A stretch of 64,000 nucleotides of DNA from the IMG/VR virus record IMGVR_UViG_3300046615_000401, positions 14,998 through 78,997 of that record; one strand, written 5' to 3'. A program made the position numbers and the translations under genes. This stretch comes from a virus (taxonomy: Duplodnaviria > Caudoviricetes). This document shows, piece after piece, positions 33,398 through 43,283 of this stretch (its first letter is position 1; every line of letters starts with the position of its first letter). The notes below the pieces were generated by a model. That model saw only the letters and a list, made by a program, of their open reading frames with translations. It ran no database searches and had not been told where the DNA came from.

Positions 33398-33579
33398 TCA
33401 GTAGCCTGTCCCAGATGTTGATCATCACCGCTGCCACCAAGATTACCCAGGTGCCAGCGGAACCCGATCCCAAACGTGTTACTGCTGCCCTGCCGACAGA
33501 GCCCCGTTATCGCAAGCGCTGCCGGCAGTGTGATGAGGAAGGCATCGATGCACGATTACCCTGCTTAGGCCACAACTGA
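33394..33579 (+). CDS. 61-aa hypothetical protein
   Basis: ATGA coupling to the spanin; CxxC...C near the C-terminus. Confidence 0.45.
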   Translation: MISSLSQMLIITAATKITQVPAEPDPKRVTAALPTEPRYRKRCRQCDEEGIDARLPCLGHN

Positions 33580-33602
33580 AAGGAAGGTGATCCCCGTCTC
33601 GG

Positions 33603-33626
33603 TGAAGCCCACTTAGGTGGGCTTCA
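33603..33626. terminator. Hairpin terminator at the lysis/rIIB convergence
   Basis: 10-bp stem TGAAGCCCAC-TTAG-GTGGGCTTCA. Confidence 0.75.
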
Positions 33627-33632
33627 TTCGTT

Positions 33633-35669
33633 TCAGGATCCGGCCATCTTGATGATGTCGGCTGCCAACTGCTCGTTGACACCCAGCACAGCCCAGCTTT
33701 TCTTGGACTGCTTCTTGATGGCCAGGATGGCTGATGCCACACCGGTGGACGGCAAGCCAATGGCCAGCAGCTTGGCGATGCGTTCCCGCGGTGAGCCAGC
33801 GGTGACACCTACAACTTCCCCGGTATACAGGTCAGTTACAGGTTGACCTGCTTTAGTATACTTGGCGGTGTACTCAGCAAGGGGTTCGTCCTGTCGCTGC
33901 GGATCAGCTGGCTCATCACCGAAGTCCACATCATGCACCTGGGGGGTGTTGAAGATCTTTGGTGGCGGGCTGGGCTTCTTGTCAAACAGCTTGGGCGTCT
34001 TCACTTTGATGGCTTTCGTTGGCAGATTAACTTTCACTTTGGCCGTCGGATCCGGAATACCCAGCACATCCCAGCCCTTCTTGGCTTGCTTCTTGAAGGT
34101 TAGCAGGATTTCCAAGGCACCTTCGTTACCCGCAAGGTATTGATCGTACAGCACCTTGGCTTGTTCCTTACGGGACAGCACAGCCTTATCCACCACCTTG
34201 ACCACTTCCTTCGGATCAATCGGCGGATCCAGCTGTTCCTGCACGTCGGCCAGGGCTTCCACCGGTGCCACAGGAACGGGTGCTTCCGTTGGCGCTTCCG
34301 TGGGTACGGGTTCAGCATACGCCGTGGTGATCACGCCATCGCCCATGGCACCGGTGATGCGTACTTCATGGGTACGCCCCACATGCTGTCCAGCAATGGC
34401 CTTGGCCAGCAGTTCCTGACCTTCTATTGAGCCGGTCAAGGGCTTGTTGGCCTTCAGAAGACTGTGCTGTACAGGGGTCAGTTCAGCAATGATGTGGTAG
34501 CCGCAGACACGCATCTTGTTGGCTTCGTTGTGCGGCACGGCAATCACGTCCTCCGGTGCCAGCTTGGCCAGTACGCAGACATCTCCACTGAAGCCAGAGA
34601 TGTAACCACGACGGGCTACATGCAAGCCAGTGCTGCATTCATTACGACGGCTGTGGTCCACCAGTTTGGGATCCATGCAGACAAAGGCGCCGATGAACTG
34701 ATCCACCTTCTTGCTGTGGCAGTCCACGTACTTGTCACCACGACGTTCCAGCACCTTGTAAATGATGATGCTGCCATCATCAGCAATAGGCAGGTCAGCC
34801 CGTTCCAGGAAGCGCAGCAGTTCATCCACCGAGTGCTGACGCTGCTCGATAACCGAAGCCAGCCGGCGCAGGAAGTTCTCCACGCCGACCGTGCTGCCCA
34901 TCTTGGCAGCACGAGCAAACTGCGACTTGATCTTCTCCATGCCAGGGATGACCTTGTTGTCCACCACGGCGATGATGGTGTCCTCGCTGTCGTCATCCTG
35001 GGTATCGTCGCGTGTACGGCCGTTTTCTTCGACGATACGGCCTTGCTGGGACACGGTCTTTTCATGGAAGGTATCCGCCTGCACCGGTATGGCGTGCGCC
35101 ATGATTTCGTTGATGGTGGCCATGGTCTGCTCCAGCTTGGGTGGTGGAGGGATTGCAGCTTCAGCTGCTTCCATTGCAGCGAGTGCTTCATCTTCCTCCG
35201 ACACGTCGTAGATGCCGGCCGTGTTGACGTGTTCCGTGGCAGGGCCAGGCCAGTGCGCAGGATTCTGATCATCGAACTCTTCCAGCAGTGCATCCAGTTC
35301 AGCTTCATCAGCTGGAGGAATAGTGGTAGTGGGTACCACACCGATGCTCATCACTGGTACTGGTGTGATGTTGACAGGTACCGGCACCACTTCCGTGAAC
35401 AGATTCTTCAGCTTGGCTTTGGCGATGCGAAAGAACTTCACAGCGCCGCTGCCCCCCTGTTCAAACTGGGCATAGCTGTTCTCTGGTGCGTTATCGATAA
35501 CGACATCCGCCCAGTTCTGACGGATCAGCTGCGGTGTGATTTCCTCGATGATGCGACGCAGCCGGGGATCCCCTTGTGGGATGATGATGGTGGAGCCATC
35601 TTCCTTGTACATGGTGAGTTGGCGCTTGTCTACCACTGCCGCTGTGATGCGGGTCATATTGGTCTTCAT
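33633..35669 (-). CDS. rIIB: rIIB-like protein
   Basis: YKVL...DCHSK...NECSTGLHV...PEDVIAVP...KMRVCGY; start 35669 (GAAGGA RBS). Confidence 0.9.
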   Translation of the reverse strand: MKTNMTRITAAVVDKRQLTMYKEDGSTIIIPQGDPRLRRIIEEITPQLIRQNWADVVIDNAPENSYAQFEQGGSGAVKFFRIAKAKLKNLFTEVVPVPVNITPVPVMSIGVVPTTTIPPADEAELDALLEEFDDQNPAHWPGPATEHVNTAGIYDVSEEDEALAAMEAAEAAIPPPPKLEQTMATINEIMAHAIPVQADTFHEKTVSQQGRIVEENGRTRDDTQDDDSEDTIIAVVDNKVIPGMEKIKSQFARAAKMGSTVGVENFLRRLASVIEQRQHSVDELLRFLERADLPIADDGSIIIYKVLERRGDKYVDCHSKKVDQFIGAFVCMDPKLVDHSRRNECSTGLHVARRGYISGFSGDVCVLAKLAPEDVIAVPHNEANKMRVCGYHIIAELTPVQHSLLKANKPLTGSIEGQELLAKAIAGQHVGRTHEVRITGAMGDGVITTAYAEPVPTEAPTEAPVPVAPVEALADVQEQLDPPIDPKEVVKVVDKAVLSRKEQAKVLYDQYLAGNEGALEILLTFKKQAKKGWDVLGIPDPTAKVKVNLPTKAIKVKTPKLFDKKPSPPPKIFNTPQVHDVDFGDEPADPQRQDEPLAEYTAKYTKAGQPVTDLYTGEVVGVTAGSPRERIAKLLAIGLPSTGVASAILAIKKQSKKSWAVLGVNEQLAADIIKMAGS

Positions 35670-35679
35670 GGTTTTCCTT

Positions 35680-38103
35680 CTAGGGTTTGAGGGCGGTGAC
35701 AAGCAGCTGAACGACAGCGTCAATGTCACGCGATGCGGCGGGATTGGTGGAGCCCATCAGAACGGTCAACTTATTTTGTTGGAAGGTATCGAACAGGGGG
35801 CTGCTTTGAATCCGCGCCAGGATTTCCTGGTTGATCGGATGCAGGGGGATAGGTTTCAGCTGTGCATAGGCCGCTCCCAGTGTGTCTGGATATCGGCTGC
35901 GATAGCCGACAATCTGATGCCACAGATGGACGTATTTCTTGTCCTCCTCCGTCAGGTTGTTTACCAGGTGGAGTTTCTTCCGGCAGGTGGCATTGCCATA
36001 TACGATACGCAGCAACCACTCTTTAGGCATGTAACTGGTATAGCCATCCACAACACGCTGCACATCGTAGGGCCAGTACTTCTTGATGCGTAGGCAGCTC
36101 AGCATGTACTGCGCCACCTTTTCAGCCACGTAGGTAAGCATCTCCTTGGCACCCTTTTCAATCCAGCTGGCATGTACTGCGGAGTTGAAAGTGACGCCCC
36201 CTTTGGCACCAAACAGGTCCACGATGTAACGGGAGGCTGCTTGGCCCAGAAAGCCTAATTGCTCAGTGGGCACCCCATCACGGATGGACAGCTGCACGAC
36301 AAACTCAGGTACCTCGATGCGGGGCGCATCATCGTATTTGGCACCCGGAGTATAGAGGCTATTGCTCTTGCTACTGAGGACACTCAGCAAGGACACCACG
36401 CCTTTCTGCTTTGGTTTGGCCGGCGCTGAACGGGAGCTAGTACGCCGTTCCGATTCATACACTTCTGACTGCGTCTTGATGGTCAAGTCCACCACCACCA
36501 TGCCGGAGGCTTTGAAGAAGGCTTGCACCTTTTCCTTCTCTACTTTCTTGCCGCCGACCTGATAGAACAGGAAGCCAGGATAGCCACCCAGGTTGTTGAA
36601 CTCGGCCCGTGTGGAAGCACGTTCCTTGATCTGTTTGCTGGATGTGGACAGCACGACGATGTTGCGCAGATATGGCAGCGCATGGAAGATACTCTGCGGT
36701 GCCGCATTCATTGCCGGGACTAGTGGTGCAGCGCCGGTCCTGCCCTGATTATCCGGTGCATTGCGGTCTTCCGGATCGTAAACATACAGCTGACGGATAT
36801 TCACATCGGCTTGCTGCATCTTGACCAGCAAGGGTGCCAGTATCCTACGTTGCAGCCAGGAGATATCTAACCCATTCAAAAAGGATTGGACCAATCCACG
36901 ATCCAACAACCCCTCTTGCACCATGGCTTGCAGGCGCCAGGTAACTTCACGCTGACGGAAGGCAGCATCAACTGGGTAGTTGATCTGCATGTAGCGTTGC
37001 GCCATGACAGACAGATCCTGGATCGCAGGTATGTCGGCACCTTGCTGTGCACTCGGCAGCTTACGTTCCCGTGACAGCAGCTCGCTTACCTTCTTGGCTT
37101 TAGCGGCAGCCTTGATGGTGTCATGTGCGAAGGTATCACAATGCAGATGGAACTCACCGGTGCTGCTGTCGATCATGGCCAGGAAGCCAGTAAACAAAGC
37201 CTTCAGCGAGTTGATCGTGTGTTCCTGCATGGACAGCGATTCCCGGCTGGGTGTCACCGAGATGCTGTGTGGCAGTGCCTGGAAGATGATGTTGTACTGC
37301 GTATGGCGTTGCCGCAGTTTATGCAGGTGGTTGACGATGGCATCGTATGGCTTTTCCAGTCCTCCCACACGGTCCACCGGATACAGCACATTGCCGTAAC
37401 GGATCATGATGCGGCTGTTACTCACCATCACGTTGCTATCGATGATCAAATAGTTGGACACCGCGGTATCGAAGCCCAGACGTTTCATCGGCTGGCCGTT
37501 GAGCGTCATATTCATGTCGCCGTTGCGCACGATCTGGGCTACCAGCTCTTTGAAGCGGCGATAGTCAGTCAAGTTGTGGATATGGATCGACACCTGCAGA
37601 CCCGTCTCCTGGGTAGGGAAGGTGGCAATCGGAATGATACCTGGCTTGCCCATGGCCGCAGCGGAAGACTTGGACAGGTTGTAGATGGTCTTCACACCGT
37701 TGTTGTGCGAGATCACCTCGAAGTGATCGGTGTAGGCGAAAGGCGCCTTGCAACCGAGGCCAAATCCTCCCGTCTGCTTGCCGTCGTTCTTCTTGGTGGA
37801 GTTACCGTAGGTGCCGTAGATCAGGCCCATCTCATTGTGATGGATGCCGGTACCGTAGTCACGGATGCTGAACAGCGTCTCGGTCAGCGTGATCTCCACC
37901 GGACGATCGGTGATGCCTGCTTCGATGTGGGCATCCCAGCCGTTGCACAGCACCTCGCGCACCACGGCCAGGATCTGATCCTTGTACAAGGTGCTGGACA
38001 GGATGTTGAAGAACTCGGCGCTGTTGCTGATACCGAAGTCGATAGTTTCACCACCCCCGATGACAGCATGGGTGATGTGGTCGTGTTGATGCGCTACTTG
38101 CAT
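35680..38103 (-). CDS. rIIA: rIIA-like protein (GHKL ATPase N-terminus)
   Basis: LSSTLYKD...VREVLCNGWDAH, IRDYGTGI, STK...TGGFGLGCKAPFAY. Confidence 0.92.
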   Translation of the reverse strand: MQVAHQHDHITHAVIGGGETIDFGISNSAEFFNILSSTLYKDQILAVVREVLCNGWDAHIEAGITDRPVEITLTETLFSIRDYGTGIHHNEMGLIYGTYGNSTKKNDGKQTGGFGLGCKAPFAYTDHFEVISHNNGVKTIYNLSKSSAAAMGKPGIIPIATFPTQETGLQVSIHIHNLTDYRRFKELVAQIVRNGDMNMTLNGQPMKRLGFDTAVSNYLIIDSNVMVSNSRIMIRYGNVLYPVDRVGGLEKPYDAIVNHLHKLRQRHTQYNIIFQALPHSISVTPSRESLSMQEHTINSLKALFTGFLAMIDSSTGEFHLHCDTFAHDTIKAAAKAKKVSELLSRERKLPSAQQGADIPAIQDLSVMAQRYMQINYPVDAAFRQREVTWRLQAMVQEGLLDRGLVQSFLNGLDISWLQRRILAPLLVKMQQADVNIRQLYVYDPEDRNAPDNQGRTGAAPLVPAMNAAPQSIFHALPYLRNIVVLSTSSKQIKERASTRAEFNNLGGYPGFLFYQVGGKKVEKEKVQAFFKASGMVVVDLTIKTQSEVYESERRTSSRSAPAKPKQKGVVSLLSVLSSKSNSLYTPGAKYDDAPRIEVPEFVVQLSIRDGVPTEQLGFLGQAASRYIVDLFGAKGGVTFNSAVHASWIEKGAKEMLTYVAEKVAQYMLSCLRIKKYWPYDVQRVVDGYTSYMPKEWLLRIVYGNATCRKKLHLVNNLTEEDKKYVHLWHQIVGYRSRYPDTLGAAYAQLKPIPLHPINQEILARIQSSPLFDTFQQNKLTVLMGSTNPAASRDIDAVVQLLVTALKP

Positions 38104-38114
38104 GGGATGGTCCT

Positions 38115-38354
38115 TTAATCTTGGGTGTCGGTGTTGAGGAAGGGATGGGTGTACTTTTTCAGGCTATACACATTGCCACTGGTACGCACCTGGCCGCCCG
38201 ATTTCAAATGCAGTATGGACGCAGGTTGAAGGTGATGTTCCGAACACCGTCTACAGGGTAGATGGAGGCTGTCCGCATAGAACGTGATGTTCAAGCCTGT
38301 GCACTGATGTGGCTTGTCGTTGATGAAAATGGTGGTGCTCCAGTCGTCACTCAC
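38115..38354 (-). CDS. Hypothetical protein 79 aa
   Basis: Translationally coupled run of small ORFs between rIIA and DNA polymerase. Confidence 0.6.
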   Translation of the reverse strand: MSDDWSTTIFINDKPHQCTGLNITFYADSLHLPCRRCSEHHLQPASILHLKSGGQVRTSGNVYSLKKYTHPFLNTDTQD

Positions 38355-38620
38355 GCTGGTTCTCCTACGTAGTGTTTCAGCTCCAGCACGGTGGTGTGGT
38401 ATTCCTCCAGCAGCCGGTCGTAATCGTCGATGCGCAGCTGCTTGGTCAGCCAGGGTGCGATGATGTAGCGGTGGTCGAGAATGGTGTACTGGAAGTCTTC
38501 ATCGAATCCTTCTTCAGCGTCTTCCATGGCAGTGAACATGAATCTGTCCGGCCGGCCAGGCGAGTAGTGATCCACCCTGCAGTAGCACAGGATGTCATTG
38601 ATCTTGGTTTGGAAAATCAT
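38351..38620 (-). CDS. Hypothetical protein 89 aa
   Basis: ATGA overlaps on both sides; acidic, protein-like composition. Confidence 0.65.
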   Translation of the reverse strand: MIFQTKINDILCYCRVDHYSPGRPDRFMFTAMEDAEEGFDEDFQYTILDHRYIIAPWLTKQLRIDDYDRLLEEYHTTVLELKHYVGEPA

Positions 38621-38892
38621 GCTGCCCCCACCACTGTCAGGGCTGCGTCAATAATCACCATGGTGCTGGGGTTGTAGCGAATTTCGTCAGCAAGACGCAG
38701 GCGTTCTCTCGCCAGCTTCAACGCTGCTACTAGCGGGTCATGGCTGTTGATGGCCAGTGCTATGGCATCAAACAATGGCCGGCTACTTGGACCACCAGAC
38801 AATTCATGTCGGAGTCCATCATCGAGTTCCAAGACACCATGCAGGAAGGTAATCTTGTCACCGCGCTTTTCTTCTTCGATAGTAAATTTCAT
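38617..38892 (-). CDS. Hypothetical protein 91 aa
   Basis: AAGGAAG RBS; C-terminal HDPLVAALK...IDAAL motif. Confidence 0.65.
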   Translation of the reverse strand: MKFTIEEEKRGDKITFLHGVLELDDGLRHELSGGPSSRPLFDAIALAINSHDPLVAALKLARERLRLADEIRYNPSTMVIIDAALTVVGAA

Positions 38893-38902
38893 GCCGCTTC
38901 CT

Positions 38903-39238
38903 TTACGTTAAATTTCCCATTTTGATAATGGGCTGTCCATTTCGACAGACGGTAATACCTTTCGTTGAAATGTCCATTGTGGTTTTCGGTGGCATGACCA
39001 GGTCCAGTATCTGCTGGTACTGCGCAGCCGCTTTAACCGCACCGGTGTCGAAAGGATTGCGACCCTCCCAAGGATTATTACAACGATCGTAAACCTGATC
39101 AGGGGTCATCCTCTCTTCACCAGGATGCAGACCCTGCATGGCTTTCATGGCCCAGGCATGGCCGGCAGCTTCTTTACGGGCATAAGCTGTGGCCTCTAAT
39201 TCCTTATACCACCGGGTCAAGTCTGCTTTGAAATTCAT
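38903..39238 (-). CDS. Hypothetical protein 111 aa
   Basis: AAGGAAG RBS before the Met at 39238. Confidence 0.6.
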   Translation of the reverse strand: MNFKADLTRWYKELEATAYARKEAAGHAWAMKAMQGLHPGEERMTPDQVYDRCNNPWEGRNPFDTGAVKAAAQYQQILDLVMPPKTTMDISTKGITVCRNGQPIIKMGNLT

Positions 39239-39249
39239 GCTGCTTCCTT

Positions 39250-39450
39250 TCAGGGACAACATTGTGGGGAACTCCCGCAAAGATTCATTGGACTGTACAT
39301 TTCAAAATCCTCAATATCACCTTCCCATTCATAGGGCCGGTGACATCTTCTACAGCAAGCAAGGATTTTGCCGTTGGCAACGTTCAATCCATTTTCAATG
39401 TAAAAGTTACCCAGGACCAGTTGCAGCATTAATGCTTCTTGGCGTGTCAT
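39250..39450 (-). CDS. Small Cys-rich protein 66 aa
   Basis: CCRRC...CGSSPQCCP; ATGA overlap with the DNA polymerase stop. Confidence 0.6.
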   Translation of the reverse strand: MTRQEALMLQLVLGNFYIENGLNVANGKILACCRRCHRPYEWEGDIEDFEMYSPMNLCGSSPQCCP

Positions 39451-42188
39451 GCTGCTTCCTTTTCTGGTTCGGGGTTGAGATACTCCTGCTTGGCTTCAGT
39501 GCAGATCTTGACTATCTCAGCTGCAGAAGCACCATTAGGCAGGGTGATGGCGTTGGCCCAGGATGGCCAGAAGATGTCCAGGTTGGCACCCAGCTTGACC
39601 GTGGGGTGCTGGATCTCCGGCAGCTTCTGCCACTGCATGGACAGGATCAGTTCCCGGTTGGCCCATTCGACGACAACCGGATCTTCCCGGATCAGCAAGT
39701 AGCAGGCGTCATGGATCATGGCCACTGGCTTGATGTCCAGCCGGTAGGGTGAAGCCCAGACCTTGTTCATAAAGTCCACCATGGCCCGGTTATTCAGCAA
39801 GCCATACGACTGGCCCAGAGCGTTGCCGGCAGTACGCCCTTCGGCCGCTGCTGCATACGGCATCGACGGTGACCCATACACCACCTGCTTGAGCAAGGGT
39901 GTGCGCAGGCGCAAGCCAAAGGCCACGGTGACATAGCCATCCTTATTGGCTTGCTTCAGCTTGGTCTGCACGTACTGGTCCGACACCACATACAGTTGGT
40001 GGTAGCCGGCTTCAATCCGCTTGGCTTTGTCTTCTGGCCAACCCAGATTTTGCATCAGGGTGTAATGCGTACCTTGGTAGGTCAAGGCAAAGGTGGGTAT
40101 CTTTGACTCCTGGCGGTAGGGGTGTTCCTTGCCACCATACTGCGGACACTTCTTCAAGGAGTTGACCGATTTGGGATCGTTCATATCGATGACGATGCCC
40201 TCGGCCAGCAGTTCATCCTTGTAGTAGTAAGCCGCCCGCAAGCAGTGACCATCGAAGCCATCGGTATACACCTTAAGCTTGTTCGGATCCTTAGTGGTCA
40301 AGGCTGAGATCATGTCCTCCAGCGAGTTGAAGTCGGCGCCCGCAAACACCCAGCCGGCTGGACCCATGAAAGCTTCCTTGATCAGCTTGGCGAAGATGGA
40401 CTTGGCCGGGATGTTCTGCAGGTTTGGATCGGAGGAAGACAACCTGCCGGACACCGTGCCACCGACATTGAAGTTGCCATGCAACCAGACAATGCCGGAA
40501 CCATCCCGGTCAATCGCCCGTTCAAAGGCAGGGATGAAGGTGGACAGAATGGTGCTGACCTGGCTGATACCGATCAATGCCTCGATCAACGCCTTGTTGG
40601 CAATGCCGATCGGATGGTCCAGCATCTTCTTCAGTGTGTCTTCACCCGTGGAACCCATCTTGGTGGGGGTCATGTCGATGATGGGCAGGCCCAGCATCTC
40701 GTACAGCAGCGTGCGCAGCTGCGGATCACTGCCGGGATTGAACTCCCACTGCGGATAGGTGGCACGGTCCTTGGGCTTGATCTTGTCGGGGTGCTTGGCT
40801 TTGTCGCGCCGTTCCTCGTAGTCCCACTGCCATTCCAGCTGGGTACGCTTGGCTTCGTACGCTTTCACATCGGGATGTTGTAAGACCACCACCCGGAAGG
40901 CATTGTCAATGTCGGTCAGCTTGGCCTTGATCTCAACGATCTTGGCTTTGCTCATGGGCATACCGGTCAGCTCGATCTGCGTGATGACCTTCTGCGACGG
41001 CAGCATCAGCTCATGGTACAGATCGACCTGGCTGTCGGCCACCATGACCGGATAATACTTGGCCTTGACGAAGTTGGTAGACAGGCAATCGACACCGTTG
41101 TACTGCAGCAGATCCTTCAGCGGGATCATGCGGATGTCCTTGATGTCATCCTGCGCCCAGTTACCAGCAAACTCCTGGGCCAGATTCTTCAGCTTCAGAT
41201 CGTTACCGGCCGTGCTGTTCGTGGCCAGGTAGGTGATGATCTTGGTGTCGTCGATGCCGCAGTTAGCACCCAAGCGATACATGATCTCCAGCCCTTCCAA
41301 CAAGCCAACGGTGTCCGCATAGTCCTTCATCCACAGCGTGTAGATGATGACCTTGACGTCGTAGCCGGCGTTATGCCAAGTCAGCTTGCCTTTGTAGGTG
41401 GTGAAGAAGTCCTTCAAAGCAGCACGGACATGGGGATCCGGCACGAAGCGGCCGAACTCTTGCCGACGCTCCCCTGTCAGTGGTGCCAGGTCGGGATTAT
41501 TGGGCTTGTAATCGCAAGGGAAGGCGACAAACTTGTGCTGGTCCGGGGCAAAGGCGATGGTGCCGATGCCAGCCTCGTTAAAACGCAGTGAGAAGGCTTC
41601 AATGTCGGCAGCCAGCTCAGGGTATTCCTGCAGGGCATTTAACGCCGCCTGGATCGAACTGATGCCTTCTGGATACACTGCCTGGTGGATGATGCCGGTG
41701 CCAGGTGCCTGATAACTGCCCACGGCGTGGGAAGCCAAGGCGAACAGGCTGGCATCGAGCTTGGCTTGCAGATCGGGGTTGTAGATCAGCTGCTGGTAGT
41801 TCATACCCAGTACGACTTGCAGGTGGGTGTAGCCGTCCATCTTGCAGGGCAGAACATAGCCTGCATGGACATCGGCTTTCTGCTGGCCGGTGAGCACCTT
41901 GAAGAAGGCACTATCAGCGCAATACACGTACTTGGTCTGGAGGGAGGTGAGCGCCGGGAGTATTGATGCGAGGAGATACTCCTTGATGTGCCCCACGGGC
42001 GCCTTCCCTGCTTCATTGTACTCCAGTGTCAAGGCGACAACTTCAGAAGCATGCACACCGTGCGCAGCCAGCTTGTTGACGTAGTTTTTTTGCAACTCCT
42101 GCTTGTTGAAGGCAGTGGACTTCATCAACAGGGCCACCGGGTAATTACCGGTGGCGGAAGGATCAAAGACGTGGTTGCGCATGACCAT
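39447..42188 (-). CDS. Family A DNA polymerase (N4 gp39-like)
   Basis: Exo DIEAF, HNAGYD, YNGVDC; GRLSSSDPNLQN; motif A ADFNSLED; motif B KIPTFALTYQG; motif C HDACY; start 42188 (AAGGA RBS). Confidence 0.97.
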   Translation of the reverse strand: MVMRNHVFDPSATGNYPVALLMKSTAFNKQELQKNYVNKLAAHGVHASEVVALTLEYNEAGKAPVGHIKEYLLASILPALTSLQTKYVYCADSAFFKVLTGQQKADVHAGYVLPCKMDGYTHLQVVLGMNYQQLIYNPDLQAKLDASLFALASHAVGSYQAPGTGIIHQAVYPEGISSIQAALNALQEYPELAADIEAFSLRFNEAGIGTIAFAPDQHKFVAFPCDYKPNNPDLAPLTGERRQEFGRFVPDPHVRAALKDFFTTYKGKLTWHNAGYDVKVIIYTLWMKDYADTVGLLEGLEIMYRLGANCGIDDTKIITYLATNSTAGNDLKLKNLAQEFAGNWAQDDIKDIRMIPLKDLLQYNGVDCLSTNFVKAKYYPVMVADSQVDLYHELMLPSQKVITQIELTGMPMSKAKIVEIKAKLTDIDNAFRVVVLQHPDVKAYEAKRTQLEWQWDYEERRDKAKHPDKIKPKDRATYPQWEFNPGSDPQLRTLLYEMLGLPIIDMTPTKMGSTGEDTLKKMLDHPIGIANKALIEALIGISQVSTILSTFIPAFERAIDRDGSGIVWLHGNFNVGGTVSGRLSSSDPNLQNIPAKSIFAKLIKEAFMGPAGWVFAGADFNSLEDMISALTTKDPNKLKVYTDGFDGHCLRAAYYYKDELLAEGIVIDMNDPKSVNSLKKCPQYGGKEHPYRQESKIPTFALTYQGTHYTLMQNLGWPEDKAKRIEAGYHQLYVVSDQYVQTKLKQANKDGYVTVAFGLRLRTPLLKQVVYGSPSMPYAAAAEGRTAGNALGQSYGLLNNRAMVDFMNKVWASPYRLDIKPVAMIHDACYLLIREDPVVVEWANRELILSMQWQKLPEIQHPTVKLGANLDIFWPSWANAITLPNGASAAEIVKICTEAKQEYLNPEPEKEAA

Positions 42189-42201
42189 GGTAGGGTTTTC
42201 C

Positions 42202-42444
42202 TTATTTTGTGTTGAACGCAATGCGATAGGTGTAGCGAATACTCTCGTGGTTGCCCCGGCGTGTCCATTTCTCACACAGTTGCCTAGCGGCCCACATTGG
42301 CATGCCATCTGGGTGGAGCACAGCACCAACCTCATCAGCCTGATTTTGGGTGAATGTGTATTGCTTGGTGTGGGAACTGCCAGTGCTTGAGTAATACACC
42401 GTGCATTCGTATTCCCACACGCGAATGGCATTGTATTCAGTCAT
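42202..42444 (-). CDS. Hypothetical protein 80 aa
   Basis: Fills the gap between the gp38-like gene and the polymerase. Confidence 0.6.
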   Translation of the reverse strand: MTEYNAIRVWEYECTVYYSSTGSSHTKQYTFTQNQADEVGAVLHPDGMPMWAARQLCEKWTRRGNHESIRYTYRIAFNTK

Positions 42445-42452
42445 GGTTTGCC

Positions 42453-42971
42453 TTATATGATGACCAGATCCAGCACCATGCGCATTTTCAGCTTCATGAG
42501 CCAGTCGGCGTGGGTGAGTTTGAATTCTTCGACCTGTTCATCAGACAGTTCACGGGGGAACACGCTATCAATGTGCAGATTCATTCCCTGCAACACTGGG
42601 TGCATGCAGGCTGGCAGCAGGGCGTAGTAGTCCAGCAGGCTGTTGCTGGTGTTCAGCATCTTGGTAAAGAAGCCAAACACATAGGGCTGTTCGTAATATT
42701 CTAGCTTCTGTTTTTCCGCCAGGTACTCGTCCATTCTGCCATGCAACTCCGGCAGCAGCCGCTGGTTCTTGAAGCGCGGAACTGTCAGCTCAAAGCTGTA
42801 GTACTGGCCCTTGTAGCTGAAGGACTCATGCACAAAGCGGCCGGCCAGCGTGTTGTCCACCAGGATGCTTTTCAGCGTGGCATCGAAGCGGCGGTTAGTG
42901 GCGGCGTACATGGCGTCCTGCAGCGCGTTTTTGATGTGCTGCTTGATTTGGGGATTGAGCCGCAGGGCCAT
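42453..42971 (-). CDS. N4 gp38-like hypothetical protein
   Basis: Synteny between helicase and polymerase; AAGGAG RBS. Confidence 0.7.
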   Translation of the reverse strand: MALRLNPQIKQHIKNALQDAMYAATNRRFDATLKSILVDNTLAGRFVHESFSYKGQYYSFELTVPRFKNQRLLPELHGRMDEYLAEKQKLEYYEQPYVFGFFTKMLNTSNSLLDYYALLPACMHPVLQGMNLHIDSVFPRELSDEQVEEFKLTHADWLMKLKMRMVLDLVII

Positions 42972-42986
42972 GTTGTTCTCCTTGGT

Positions 42987-43265
42987 TTAAGATGAACACC
43001 AGGCACCAGCAAACCAACGACCACCACATTCAGTGATCAGCATTGGCCCCCATTTCTGGGCATGGTCACCCAGCCAGTCTTCGATGTTTTCAGGTGATGT
43101 TCCCGCACAGCCGATGACTTCAACACCTCGACATTCAGCCCAGGAGCCGGAGTAACCTCCATGACCATGTTCGTATCCCGCTTGCTCGATCAGTGCTTGT
43201 GCCTCTTTCTTGGCACCGTCTAGTGTTTTGGCTTGCAGCGCTTGAAAATTATATTCAGATCCCAT
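42987..43265 (-). CDS. Hypothetical protein 92 aa (YEHGHGGYSG motif)
   Basis: AAGGAG RBS; motif recurs in phage small proteins. Confidence 0.7.
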   Translation of the reverse strand: MGSEYNFQALQAKTLDGAKKEAQALIEQAGYEHGHGGYSGSWAECRGVEVIGCAGTSPENIEDWLGDHAQKWGPMLITECGGRWFAGAWCSS

Positions 43266-43283
43266 GATGTCTCCTTTCTTGGT

